Shown: piece after piece, positions 34,301-47,022 of the stretch | Position numbering within the stretch: the first letter of the stretch is position 1 | How the letters are laid out: the number at the start of each line of letters is the position of its first letter | DNA from: Nemertoderma westbladi | Lineage: Eukaryota; Animalia; Xenacoelomorpha | Assembly: GCA_032718475.1 (NCBI GenBank) | Contig: JAUCBJ010008042.1 | Coordinates: forward strand, 1 to 47,022 | DNA length: 47,022 bases | Direction: 5' to 3' | Made by a program: the position numbers and the translations under genes | The notes under the pieces: generated by a model | Databases searched by the model: none | Seen by the model: the letters and a program-made list of their open reading frames with translations, nothing else | Told to the model about the DNA's origin: nothing

Positions 34301-37300
34301 GAATGGCCTCATTTAGCTGATTTGAACTTAGACCACCCCCCTTTGGATATTCCCCAAGTTACCGTTCTACTTGGCCAAAATGTTCCTCTGGCTCTTCAAC
34401 AGACTAATTCTTGTTTAGGTAGCAATCCAACAAATCAACCGTACGGTATTGAAACTCCCTTTGGCTGGGTTGTATGTGGCCCTAACCTCACCTCTTTGAA
34501 TCCAACTTCAACTTCCGAGGATAATTCCGAATTTCTCGAATCCCGTACTTGTCAAAAGGTTGAGAATCCCCTACTGTTTGAGAAAGTAGACAATTCTTCT
34601 TCTTTGAAACCTCTTCTTTCGCTTTGTTCGTCAACTTCTCAAGCAGTGGTAGCCGAATCTCCTCAATCTGATGATTTCTTGTTTTCAACCCTTGAACCTT
34701 GTCTCAGCCCATCCGATCCACCACTTTCGTCGACTTTTCTTGATAAGCTTGAATCTAAACTTCAATATTTATGGGAGTTTGAAGCTCACGCTTTTTCACC
34801 AAAGGAGTTATCCACTGAAGACCGTAGAGCTCAACGTATTCTTGATTCAGCCACCCTCCTCCCTGACGGCCATTATTCTCTTGGTCTTCTCTGGAAATCA
34901 GACGATATTTCCCTTCCTTGCAATAGGATATATGCATTAAAACGATTAGCTTGGCTTAAGAAACGACTTGTTTCTCGCCCTGATCTCCTGCCATTGTACT
35001 CAGCCCAAGTAGAAGATTACATTTCTCAAGGTTATGCCCGAGAACTCTCTAAACTTGAAACTTCATCTCATGGTCCCTGTAGTTGGTACTTACCGCATCA
35101 CTACGTTCTTTATCCTAAACATCCTGGCAAGCTTAGAGTAGTTTTTGATGCTGCTGCCAAATATTAAAACACCTCTTTGAATAGTAAATTATTGACTGGT
35201 CCTGACCAATCCAACCTTCTCATTGGCGTTCTTTGTCGGTTTAGACTTCACCCAGTCGCATTTTCTTGCGACATCAAAGGTATGTTCCACCAGATCCGCG
35301 TAGATCCAATTGATCGAGACTCATTGAGGTTTCTGTGGTGGAAGGGTGGAGACTTGAGTCAGCCTCCAGTTGAGTACTGGATGGAGGTCCATGTCTTCGG
35401 TGCTGCGGATTCGCCTTGTATTTGTATGCACGTCCTTAGGAAGACCGGCAATGATAATGCACACCTTTATAGGCCGATAGTTAATATAGTAATCCAGCGA
35501 GATTTTTATGTTGATGATGGCTTAACTGGTGCTCCGACTGTTGACGAAGCTCTTTCTTTAGCCAATGACTTGATTGAGTGCCTTAGCAAAGGCAGATTTC
35601 TTCTTACGAAATTCAATTCCAACAGTCATGAATTTCTTGAAGCTTTAAATCCCGAACTACTTAAAATCAAACAGAACTCAGAATCTTCTTCACATTTGAC
35701 TTCTGTTCTCGGTGTTTCATGGAACACAATGGCCGACACACTTTCTGTTGACATTAAACTAAGTAACATTTCTCACACCAAACGCGGACTGGCTTCTCTC
35801 GTAGGCTCTGTTTTCGACCCACTCAATTTCTTGGCCCCTGTCACTCTTTCTCTTAGATTAATACTTCAAGAGACTTGGCGTCTCAAACTTGGCTGGGACG
35901 ACCCCATACCAGAGGGTTTGGAGAAACGGCTTGATGAGTGGATTTCTCAAGCACCACTTCTGAATAATTTCAGCATTCCCCAACTTTATTTTCCATTTCA
36001 TCCCTCAGGTAACATTTATGAAATTCATTCTTTCTCAGGCGCCAGTAATAAGGGCTATGGTATGGTGTCCTTTCTGCGTACAATAAGTTCTGCTAATGAA
36101 ATTTCTGTCAGTTTTCTTGCAGCTAAATCACATCCTGCTCCGCTTCGGTATATTTCCATTCCACGTTTAGAGCTACAAGCTGCTGATCGTTCTGTACAAG
36201 TAACTGAGAAAATTCAGACTGAATTAGACCTACCTATCGAAAGTATTACGTTTTGGACTGACTCCACAGTCACACTAGGCTATATCTCTAATGAATCTCG
36301 TAGATTCAAACCCTATGTAGCTCATAGAGTAAGTAGGATACAAGAACATACAGTAGTTGCCCAATGGCGTCATTGCCCCGGCTCTATAAATCCCGCTGAC
36401 CATGCTAGTAGGGAAATTTCCCCACAGAAATTTCTCGAATTGGATCATTGGGTAACTGGCCCACATTTTCTTTCTCTTTCACCAGAAAATTGGCCCCAAA
36501 CTCCTTCATCCCGATTAAACCTAGATGATCCAGAACTTAAGCGTGAAATATCAGCTCATTCAACTGAAATTAATATTAGTCCCACTGAAAAATTAATACA
36601 GCATTTTTCCAGTCTATTCAAACTTTTACGTTGTGTTTGTTGGTATATCCGTTACTTTCAGTTACTTAAAGACAGGGTAAATAGAAAGAAGAACTCTAAA
36701 CAGGAATTGTCTCAGACAACTGCCTCTGTCAGCCTCCCTATTGGACAACTTGTGGACGGTACCAGCACAGTGACCACTAGTACTGTTCACCAAACCCCTG
36801 AACATATAAAAGTTCAATTTGATTATTTTCAACCATTTTCTCTAAACGATATCGCTGTTACTAAGCGACGCATTATACTATTTGTGCAGCGTGTTTGTTT
36901 CTCTACAGAATACAAGGCACTTGAATCAAACAAATGTATTTCTAAAACTAGTCCTATTCGAAAATTAAGTCCTTTCCTTGACGAAAACGATGGCTTGCTG
37001 AGACTTGGTAGTCGAGTTGCTCGTGCACCAACATCATACGACGCTAGATTCCCCATTCTTATCCCAAAAAATAGTCATTTGGCTCGCCTTCTTATTTCTT
37101 GTGCTCACAATAATTTATTCCATGCTGGACAAGACCACACGCTTACTTGCCTTAGACAAAATTATTGGATAGTGAATGCCAGAAGACTTGTCAGAACTAT
37201 TCTTAATAAATGTTTCACATGTCGACGTTTGCATGCTCCAAAACTATCTCAAAAGATGGCAGAATTACCTGAATCTCGTTTGACACCATTCCTACCAGCT

Positions 37301-38224
37301 TTTTCATACACTGGCATTGACTTATTCGGCCCGTTTCTTTTGAAACGTGCGCGATCTTTGGTAACTAGACATGGTATAATTTACACCTGTTTTAATTCTA
37401 GGGCAATCGCATTAGATATCACGGAGGATCTTACCACCAATTCGTTCATCAATTCTCTCCGTCGTTTTGTTTCGACCAGAGGTTCCCCAAGACGTATTTA
37501 CTGCTATAACGGCACTAATTTCGTGGGTGGAGAGAAGGAACTCAGCAAATCTATGGCCGCCATCGATGGAACCAAAGTTGTAAACTTCTTGGAATCCGTG
37601 AACTGTGAGTTTCGTTTCCAGACGCCAACTGCCTCTCACACTTCGGGCGTGTGGGAGCGAGTAATCAGGAGTGTAAAGACCGCTCTTTACTCCACCCTGC
37701 GCGACTCCACGAGAATCAATGAGGATACGTTCAGAACCCTACTCGCTGAGGTCGAGGGTGTCCTCAACTCCCGGCCATTGACCTCCGTGAGCGACGACCC
37801 CACTGCAGATCAACCACTAACCCCTCGTCACTTCCTCCTCATCAATTCAGTTCACCTTGGACCTCCGGGTGATTTCGACTGCCGAGATGAGTATTCTCGC
37901 AAATCTTGGCGCCAGGCTCAAGGTCTCGTTAACTCGTTCTGGAATGTATGGTTGGATGAATATATCCCAATGCTTCACCAACGCCAAAAATGGTTGGATC
38001 CAAAGCGAAACTTGAAACCTGATGATCTCGTTCTTCTAACAGAGGAGAAACTCCCCCGCAATTCATGGAACGTGGCACGAGTTGTCGAGACTCGACCGGG
38101 AAGGGATGGGAGAGTCCGCTCTGTGGTTGTGAAGACCAGCACAGGTTCTACTCTCGCTCGTCCAATCAATAAACTTTGCCTTCTCGAGGCCAATGACCCT
38201 GAGGAAATTAAATCGTATTGGTAG
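31346..38224 (+). pseudogene. gag-pol: BEL/Pao gag-pol polyprotein interrupted by in-frame TAA at 35165-35167
   Basis: ORFs 31346-35167 and 35177-38224 share a frame (DAAAKY*NTSLNSKLLTGP). Motifs: KFDG, triple knuckle ending CKTCGARHHSLLH, LLDTGS, YVDD, IPRLELQ, HAG..CFTC, GIDLFGP, WERVIRSVK. Confidence 0.95.
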
Positions 38225-38397
38225 ATTGTTTACTTGAAAACTCATCAAAAAATTTATATTACCTTGTGTTATTGGTTATGGGTTTTAGTTTCAATTTGAA
38301 CTTTGTTCTACAGTACTCTGTTTGTTTCATTCTCCCTATGTATTTTGGCGTTAGCTGTTTTTTGTTTATTTTTCTTACTGAGATTTCATTAAATCTC

Positions 38398-38408
38398 AGA
38401 GGCGGGTG
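38398..38408 (+). promoter_or_regulatory. Polypurine tract of element 2
   Basis: AGAGGCGGGTG directly before the 3' LTR TG. Confidence 0.75.
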
Positions 38409-39794
38409 TGTTCGCTAACGCCGCAAAGATACGCATTTATTTTTCTTTGTTTTTGAATATGATCATGTTTATGTACTATTCCGTCTTTATTTCCTTTTAC
38501 CCATTTATTATTATTATTACCGCACGTTTATTTGCTAATTATCTCTTTCGTATTTATCCCAGTATCATTTTCATTGATCTTTCATTTGTTCTATAATTGT
38601 TTACACTACTTTCGTATTACTTTGTTTCCGTTATTTCACATATTTTACCTTTACATAATCACTTTACATACTTACCCTGACCCGTGCTTGTTCCGTCTCC
38701 CAGAAAGTAATTTTGTAAGAAATTCAAATAGTCCTTAATTAACAAACATTATAGTGATATTTTTTGATTTGAAAGCTATCATTGATAAAACTTCAGTCTA
38801 GATTTGTTTCTTTTTGGAATATTTTACACCTTTGTATTATTACCCTTCATTCTTGCTGGTCTAAATGTTCGAACCTTTATTTGATTCTCGGCCAATTTAA
38901 TAAATAATAGCGTAGATATCATCCTTTGACCCTGAGACGCTTGACGACGTCCGGCAGTCTTGTGGTTTTCATAAGTAGGCTGCCCGTGATCCTCTTACAA
39001 GGCTCTCGGCGGGCTAGCTGACCATTATACAGTATATTAGTATCTCATCAATCATTTCTCAGTAGGCTGCCTGTGATCCCCTAACAAGGCTCTCGGCGGG
39101 TTGGCTGACCATATCACACATCAAATTAATATTTCATTTGGGCGAGAGTCAGATATTGGTTCGTGTACATTTCTGACAGCGAAGATCACCCCATCTCTAT
39201 CCATCCACATTGTAAATTAATTAATACATCACTGCTCTAACCAATCAAAATAGAGATTCACTTCACACCTTTTCCAATGATAAACACAATCTAGCTTTCC
39301 TGATTGACCTCTCAATTATCCCCATCGCAAGTAATTCAGCTTTCAATCTCTTTAAATATCAAATTGCTCTTCATTCTATGCCTTTTTATATTTCTGGGTG
39401 ACGCACAAGATTTTTTACCGCTCTACAACCGTCCATCTCTTATATGTCGGTTATACATCCGTTAAATTTACCGCTCCACAACTTTGCTTTATTTCTTTCG
39501 AATGTTCTTTATTTTTCCCTATTTTTTATCGTTTCCTTGATCGATTGTACATTATTATTCTCCAATGTCCTTTTGTTTATGCGTATCATTTCGACGTTCA
39601 AAAACTATTTCAAATAGAAACAATACTGCAGTTTACGCCAAAATAATAAATTACATTTCATTTGCAACTATTTCCTTTTGTCTCACTTCAAATACATCAA
39701 TAAATAACCAGATTTATAATTCCATCGTTCCTTTTTTATGAGCGTGTTAATATAATGAAAATTTAGCGTCACCTTGAGTATTAGTACACGCACA
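38409..39794 (+). repeat. 3' LTR of element 2
   Basis: Copy of 29877-31262 at offset 8532, followed by TSD CAGGC. Confidence 0.97.
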
Positions 39795-40288
39795 CAGGCC
39801 TTGAAGAAATACACGAATATGAGTGCCAGAATGGGCTCAAAGTAACCTCTACCTTTACTTGACCTTATTACGATCTTAGTACGGTACATGTCTGATATGG
39901 TGGATGAGTTGAAGACAATCTTGTTATGAAAGACCCCAGGAGGCGCATCATCATCACCACCCCTAATTGATTTAAATGTCCATTGAAACAGACTTTTAAA
40001 ATTTGATCAATGTCTATGTTGTTTTTGATTATGCAAATATGCTCTAAATAATATTGTATTTCCTACAATATACAGTATATTTCTAACATGTTTTTTGTTT
40101 TGGTTCCACCACGCATCCCTGTAACCTGGTCCTTTACTAAATTTCAATATGTATAATTAATTAAAACCTTACCTTTGGTGGTCTAGCTCGCCATATTTTT
40201 GATTCAGTTCGATCCAGGAGAGTTACAGTTATCCCACACATTACTTTTAACTTTACTATTATTGACTATTTTTACTGCTTATTTTCAG

Positions 40289-40423
40289 TTTGTGAAGAGC
40301 GTCCAGATATGAACGACCACTGTGGTAATTGGGCATTACACGGACAATGTCAAGCAAATCCTAGGTATATGTATAATTACTGTCAGACCAGTTGCTACAA
40401 ATGTGGCGATGCAACAATTGATG
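40289..40423 (+). CDS. ShKT/mucin gene exon: ShKT domain 3
   Basis: ttttcag| acceptor, |GTAATT donor, 135 nt, phase 1-1; VCEERPDMNDHCGNWALHGQCQANPRYMYNYCQTSCYKCGDATID (too short for the ORF track). Confidence 0.92.
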
Positions 40424-40703
40424 GTAATTTGATAATTTGATTATTTTCATTAAATTATTAAAAAACAGTCATATATTTCTTGGTCAACTTTTAATATTTA
40501 TATACTAACTAATGTATATTAATGTATTTCTTGTTTCATAACTTATATAATTTAAAGACATAAAATATATTATTCTTCAAATTGATACTTTTTGCTCGAT
40601 ACTTTTTACCCCAAAATCAGTAGAAAATTGAGTACTTTTTACTTTAGGGAAAAAAGTAACATAGGATTGCATTGATTTTACCTTTTTCCGGGAGAAATAA
40701 GTA

Positions 40704-40935
40704 AGACCAGTTGTAACAAATGTGACAATGCAACAATTGATGGTAATCTGATAATTATTTTCATTAATTATTTTAATGTCATATATTTATTGGTCAACTT
40801 TAATATTTTTGATATTTCTTGTTTTGTATATTATATACTTTTGAGACATAAAAAGTTACTGTATATTCTTAATCTCAAATTGTTACTTTTCCGCACTAAT
40901 AGACACTTTTTTCACTGGGAAAAAAGTAACTCAAC
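40704..40935 (+). pseudogene. Partial duplicate of the ShKT3 exon 3' half plus following intron
   Basis: agaccagttgtaacaaatgtgacaatgcaacaattgatg|gtaatc mirrors 40385-40430, and intron similarity continues for about 190 bp. Confidence 0.8.
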
Positions 40936-40959
40936 AGGCATTACTTTAGGTTCAAAAAT

Positions 40960-43900
40960 ACTAGAAAGCCAGCAAGCTGGCTGAAGGAGCCCGGAGGAAG
41001 AATCCTAGCCAAGGCTATTACAAATACACCTTGTCAGTCAGCAGCAAGTAAACTAAATAATAGTCTAAACTGTAAGGCGTGAGGCTAGTTGACTTTGTGG
41101 CTCGTCCCACATAATAAGAAATGAAACTTTGCTACAACTAACAAAAATATAATATGAAGCAATTAATTTAATTATCAAGCACGTTAACAAGATAAAAAAA
41201 TGCCCGTGATGCACTAACAGATAAATATAACAACGAATAGAGCCAAATAATAAATTAAGTATCCTTCTAAATGTATTACCTCGTCAGCTGAATATCTCCT
41301 CCCAGTAAATCCTGAGAATTTCTATAAGGTTACTCACTGCTAAGTTAGGTGGTGGGACAGCTGATTGAAGTATAACCTCAAATCTTAGGTTTATAATGAT
41401 ATTTAGGGGCTAGGATTACTCTCTCAGACTGTAAGCAAAGCTGAAAGTTCAATGGTGAGGGAACCACCTACACTATGTTTGTCTAATGGGCGGTCTTTTT
41501 ATAGCCAGCCAGCTTGCTGGCTTTTCTACATAGTTAATTAATAAGGCTGCCTTTGATGTATTCTAATGGGTCAGGCCGGCCCACCAATAATACTCCTAAA
41601 GACAACTAACTCTATGTATTCCTTTGCCACAGCTGTCAATGAATGTCTAAATCCTATAATTTCGCGACAAAATAATGTCAAAAAACGAAATTTATCGAAT
41701 ACCACACATAGAATCGATCTGAAATTTTGTAACGCGATTATGAACCACACAAGCAATTTACTTGCAAAATTTCATAAAAAACGTCAGGCAGGAAGTGCCT
41801 GAACCTGGATTATGATCAGTGAGTGAGTGAGTCAGACAGTCAGTGTTATATGACCTGAGATTTTTACAGTAAGTTTCCCGCTGTCAAGCGGACTCCTAAT
41901 TAAAACTAGAAAGCCAGCAAGCTGGCTGGAAGGAGCCCGGAGGAGGAATCCTAGCCAAGACTATTGATTACAAAAATGAACTACGTCAGTCAGCAGAAAG
42001 TAAACTAAATAATTGTCTAAATTGTAAGGCGAGAGGCTATCTGACTTTATGGCTCGTCCCACATAATAAAAAATGAAACTTTGCTACCACTAACAAAAAT
42101 ATAATATAAAGCAATTAATAATAATTATCAAGCACGTTTACAATTTATAAGATTACCGAATACTTAATAGTGAAGAGCCTGGCGGCCCGATAAGGAACCG
42201 ACCTTTTTATTTCATAAAAAGCAGTCAAGTGGTAGCGGTTATGAATTTGAGCTCCTGGTAACAAATCTGAGTTTCTAGTTACAAATCTGAGTCTTTTAAC
42301 AATACAATAAATAAATAAATACAATAATTACTAAGAAATTCGATCTATTATTAGTTGCTTAATTCTAGAACAAAATCGACCTGCAAATAGTGAAGACCTC
42401 GTTTTGGAATTTCGAAACCATGCTGGTCCGATGCGCGATATCGTGTTTAGTTAATAAATTTAAGGGGGGGGTATACCCCCCCATGAACCTTTTTTTAAAA
42501 TGGCTGTCAATTAGTGTTAAATGATAATATTGCTATTTTGTCATGGTCAACCACTGTATGGAAGGCCAAATAGCCTTTATAGTAAAATTTGAAAATTTGT
42601 AGCCTCCCTCTAGCGGCTGGCGGCGGAATTAAAGATTTCACTAAAATTGCTACTAGTCCCTCAATTTTGGTCCAAATTTCTTGAAACCAACTTTTTTGGA
42701 CTCAGCGTGATCAACTCTACAAAAGTTATCTTATAGAATTTTTAATTAGCCAATTTTATTTTAATTAATTAATTTAATTAATTAATTATCATATTTTTAA
42801 TTAAAAATGGCTAATTAGAAAAAATGGCAATATTTATCAAAATTCCATAAGATAACTTTTAAAGAGCTTCCAAAGCTCGTTCGAATGAGCCATAAACGAA
42901 GAAAATTGGTTGAAAAATGACGGAGGAGTAGTAATTTGAAAATGAAAAATGTCATTCCGAGAAAATGCCCTTCAAAGTTTAAACCGTCCCGCCAAAATTG
43001 GCTGTCTGTGTTCTGGTTGGTTAATTATTTCTGGCACGAATAATGCACACCAACGAGTTAAAATGTTCATTTCTGGGGTTTTCGGGGTCGCTGATTTCAT
43101 TTCCGATGTCAGTTTTAATTTTTAGTGGAATCTAGTCTATCTGTCTGTCTGTCGGTCTTCTGTCTTTCTTACAATTTGACGGACAGATCGTCATACGGAA
43201 AAACAGTGATAACTCGAGAACTGAAATAGGTCTCACTAAGCGGTTTTCAGATTTGTAATCCTCATTAAATTCTGCTCTAGATGAGATAAAGAAACAATAA
43301 TTTGAAAATTTTACCTGAGGGGGGGTATACCCCCCCCTTAATACTACATAATTTATATGCACCCAATAATAAGAAATCCTTACGAATGTAATCAAATACA
43401 AATTATTCTAGAAAAATTTCCTCAAAAAGTATGAAGTCTAGCATTGGTGCTTCGAAACTAGGCTAGTGAGATTCAGGATATTGCGTTTAATATAAAAATC
43501 GAAAACCCCATCGAATTCCGTAAAGGCGTTGATAAAATATTGCAAATTTAAAATTTTTAGAAAAAAATTTTTTGCGTTATTTTTGAAAGGGAATCGATTG
43601 GCAGTACTGGCTACGAAAATTTTTTTTGAAATTTTTGGTCCGAAAAAAATAACAGGAAAAAGTATCATCTCAACTCTACACACTACTGTATAACTAAAAA
43701 AACATTCAGGTGGCCGGCATTTCCCATGAACCTACTGTAATAGAAATTCGCATTCATTCAATACAGGAAAAGAGTTGGTGTTGTATACTGTGAAAGGAGC
43801 TATCAGCTGGGTAAAATGTTATTTGCCTTTGGTCAGAGAGAGAACTCTCCACTCTGTCTGTATTCCCTCTGTTGCACCTCTCTAGTAGAACCTATAGGAT

Positions 43901-44570
43901 GCACTGGGAAGAGTTATTCAGCTGAGGGTGTAATAGATTACAAACTAAATCAACCAGTTAATGTTTGCTTATAGTCTGGGTTGAAATAGTGAGTGATTAA
44001 TTAAGCCCATCCCATGTCTTGTATTTTAATTATATCAGAAATCGTTGCCTTCAGTACAAAACATCTAAAAATTCATTCACCTGGTAATACAAATTCACTT
44101 TTGGTCGAGTGTGAAGGGCATCAGCTGTGTGAAATATTAAACACACGGTAGTGATAGTCTATAGAGAAATTTAACTTTGCCAGAATGTGGTAGGGCCTAA
44201 ACAAACCGCATGGATGAACTACATACAGTAATATTGGCAACCTCATCGAATTTTACTAAGCCTGTATAGAAATCTATTACATAAGCCGTTTTTAATTGTG
44301 AACAGCTGTCAATGAATGTCTAAAAAATACATATAATTTCGCGACAAAATAAAGTCAAAAAACGAAATATACCGAATACCACATATAGAATCGATCTGAA
44401 TTTTTGTAACGCGATTACGAAACACCAAAGCAATGTACTTGCAAAATTTCTTAAAAAACGCCAAGCAGGAAGTGCCTGAACCTGGATTATTATCAGTGAG
44501 TCAGTCAGTCAGTGTTATATGACCTGAAATTTTTACAGTAAGTATCCCGCTGTCGAGCGGGCTCCTAATA
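40960..44570. mobile_element. Cluster of nested HINE/DINE-like non-autonomous elements
   Basis: ctagaaagccagcaagctggctg at 40961 and about 41906 (also about 1918), with an inverted copy at about 41506-41528. About 41630-41900 repeats at about 44300-44570 with an (AGTG/AGTC)n microsatellite and a 3' hairpin ccgctgtc.agcgg. GGGGGGTATACCCCCC palindromes at about 42465 and 43320. Confidence 0.6.
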
Positions 44571-44899
44571 AATATAAACATATGGATAAACTGAATAAGA
44601 AATACTAAGTATAAGGTTCATATTATCAACTGGTTACGTAAAACAAATTCGAGAACTTTAATTTATTTAACAGTGATTAAGGAAGCCTCAAGAGTTGGAG
44701 TACAATAAAGGTAATGGTTGAACTACGGTAGCAATTAATATAGTAAAATACTTGGTGTTCAAGTTATATGCACTGTTTCGTTCTATTTGTAATTAATTAA
44801 ACAACAGAAAGTACCAATTTAAGAATACAATTACGTATTACATTTGAAAAAAAATGTAGAACGTTTTTCTATCCACACTTTTTTCTATTCCAACCACAG

Positions 44900-46174
44900 A
44901 CGAACCAACCACAGTCGAACCAACCACAACCGAACCAACCACAGCCGAACCAACCACAGACGAACCAACCACAGCCGAACCAACCACAACCGAACCAACC
45001 ACAGCTGAACCAACCACAGTCGACCCAACCACAGCCGAACCAACCACAGTCGAACCAACCACAGTCGAACCAACCACAGCCGAACCAACCACAGCCGAAC
45101 TAACCACAACCGAACCAACCACAACCGAACCAACCATAGCCGAACCAACCACAGCCGAACCAACCACAGCTGAACCAAACACAGACGAACCAACCACAGC
45201 CGAACCAACCACAGCCGAACCAACCACAGTCGACCCAACCACAGCCGAACCAACCACAACCGAACCAACCACAACCGAACCAACCACAGCCGAACCAACC
45301 ACAACCGAACCAACCACAGCCGAACCAACCACAGCCGAACCAACCACAACCGAACCAACTACAGTCGAACCAGCCACAGTCGAACCAGCCACAGCCGAAC
45401 CAACCACAACCGAACCAACCACAGCCGAACTAACCACAACCGAACCAACCACAGCCGAACCAACCACAGCCGACCCAACCACAGCCGAACCAACCACAAC
45501 CGAACCAACCACAGCCGAACCAACCACAGCCGAACCAACCCCAGCCGAACCAAACACAGACGAACAAACCACAGCCGAACCAACCACAGACGAATCAACC
45601 ACAGTCGAACCAACCACAGCCGAACCAACCACAGCCGAACCAACCACAACCGAACCAACCACAACCGAACCAACCACAGCCGAACCAACCACAGCCGAAC
45701 CAACCACAGCCGAACCAAACACAACCGAACAAACCACAGCCGAACCAACCACAACCGAACCAACCACAGCCGAACCAACCACAGACGAACCAACCACAGC
45801 CGAACCAACCACAGACGAACCAACCACAGTCGAACCAACCACAGCCGAACCAACCACAGCCGAACCAAACACAACCGAACCAACCACAGCCGAACCAACC
45901 ACAGCCGAACCAACCACAGTCGAATCAACCACAGACGAACCAACCACAGTCGAACCAACCACAGCCGAACCAACCACAGCCGAACCAACCACAGTCGAAC
46001 CAACCACAGCCGAACCAACCACAACCGAACCAACCACAGCCAAACCAACCACAACCGAACCAACCACAGACGAACCAACCACAGCCGAACCAACCACAAC
46101 CGAACCAACCACAACCGAACCAACCACAGCCGAACCAACCACAGCCGAACCAACCACAGTCGACCCAACCACAG
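44900..46174 (+). CDS. ShKT/mucin gene exon: Thr/Pro/Glu-rich mucin-like stalk, 85 x (A/T/V/D)EPTT
   Basis: Pyrimidine tract plus caaccacag| acceptor, ACAG|GTAATT donor, 1275 nt = 85 x 15 bp, phase 1-1, no stops. Confidence 0.88.
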
Positions 46175-47022
46175 GTAATTTTAAAATATTTATATTTAAA
46201 TAATGACTACTGAACCTTATATATTCCTTACCTTATATCCCGCATACTAATAGACTTACAGAGTAATATATTAGACTATTTATTAATAGACATACAGAGT
46301 TAATTAAAAATGTTCTATAAAAATTGTCTATTCATTTTTGTAAAAAGTTATGTTCTAGAACAAATATGTTTTGTTCTAGAAGATTTTTTAAAAATGTGTT
46401 TTTTTGGTGTTTTATTATTTGATTAATGTTAAAAACAATTCCTACCGGTAACAACTACAAATTTTCATGGTAACTAGTAAATTTAATTATTAGTTAGTAG
46501 TTTTCATTAGCTAGTAAAATTATTTTTTAATTACCGTTTTTGTTAGTTTTATTTTAAAATGTTCGACAACGACGAAATATGTTAGCAATTATAAATAAAA
46601 GTAAATTTTGTTCGAGAACAAATCTAGTTTGGTAAAGAACATTTTTGAAAATATATTTTAATTTTACGAATTCAAATTTATTATATTTCACTTAAAATAT
46701 TGTAAAACTAGATTGTAAGAAAATACTAGCTTCAATAATAAAAATCACTAACTGCAATGATAATTTGTTGTAATTTAATGGTTTTTAACTCAAACCCTTA
46801 AAAAATACACCAAAAAACAAGAAAATTTGTTTTTCAAAAATATTCTAGAACAACAATTATTGTAGCTAATATTTTAAATAAATAAATATAAAATTCAAAT
46901 CAAATTGCGACCGAAAAGTTAAAACCTGGTAGCCTTGATATGTTATAACACCTACTTGACCGACAGAAATCAGTCTTATTATAATAATAGGTATAGTACC
47001 GGTAGTGAGCCTAGGCAATTAC

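Larger units (their letters stand above)
29877..39794 (+). mobile_element. Full-length BEL/Pao LTR retrotransposon (element 2, 9918 bp), intronic
   Basis: TG...CA LTRs of 1386 bp, 5-bp TSD CAGGC (29872-29876 and 39795-39799), single-frame gag-pol. Confidence 0.98.

Noticed and set aside
35165-35176. Programmed stop-codon readthrough in element 2
   Set aside because: The stop lies within the conserved RT N-terminal region rather than at the gag-pol boundary, and element 1 has a sense codon there. Most likely a nonsense mutation.
44838-46172. Minus-strand ORFs (VVGSA)n and (LVRLW)n
   Set aside because: Antisense shadows of the 15-bp repeat. Splice signals and phase support the plus-strand EPTT frame.

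Overview
AT-rich animal (invertebrate-like) genomic DNA dominated by two young BEL/Pao LTR retrotransposons and one spliced host gene. Element 1 (about 3211-21949, minus strand, about 18.7 kb, LTRs about 1.13 kb and about 99% identical) is unusually long. Its gag and pol are split by a single extra base. It has a roughly 5 kb 5' leader holding three repeat families (38, 288 and 467 bp). In the env position it carries two extra sense ORFs (176 aa acidic; 380 aa with three Cys/His zinc-knuckle-like motifs and a basic tail) that do not resemble an envelope protein. This accessory module is the best candidate for an undescribed system. Element 2 (29877-39794, plus strand, 1386-bp LTRs, CAGGC target-site duplication) is structurally complete but has a nonsense codon and catalytic-residue substitutions. 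It sits in an intron of a plus-strand gene encoding a signal peptide, three ShKT domains and an 85-unit (A/T/V/D)EPTT mucin-like stalk, joined by phase-1 introns and continuing past the window. The remainder is Penelope-like relics, nested MITEs (TA-, TTAA-, 8-bp- and 9-bp-TSD types), HINE/DINE-like elements and minisatellites. All family assignments come from motif recognition by eye, not database searches.
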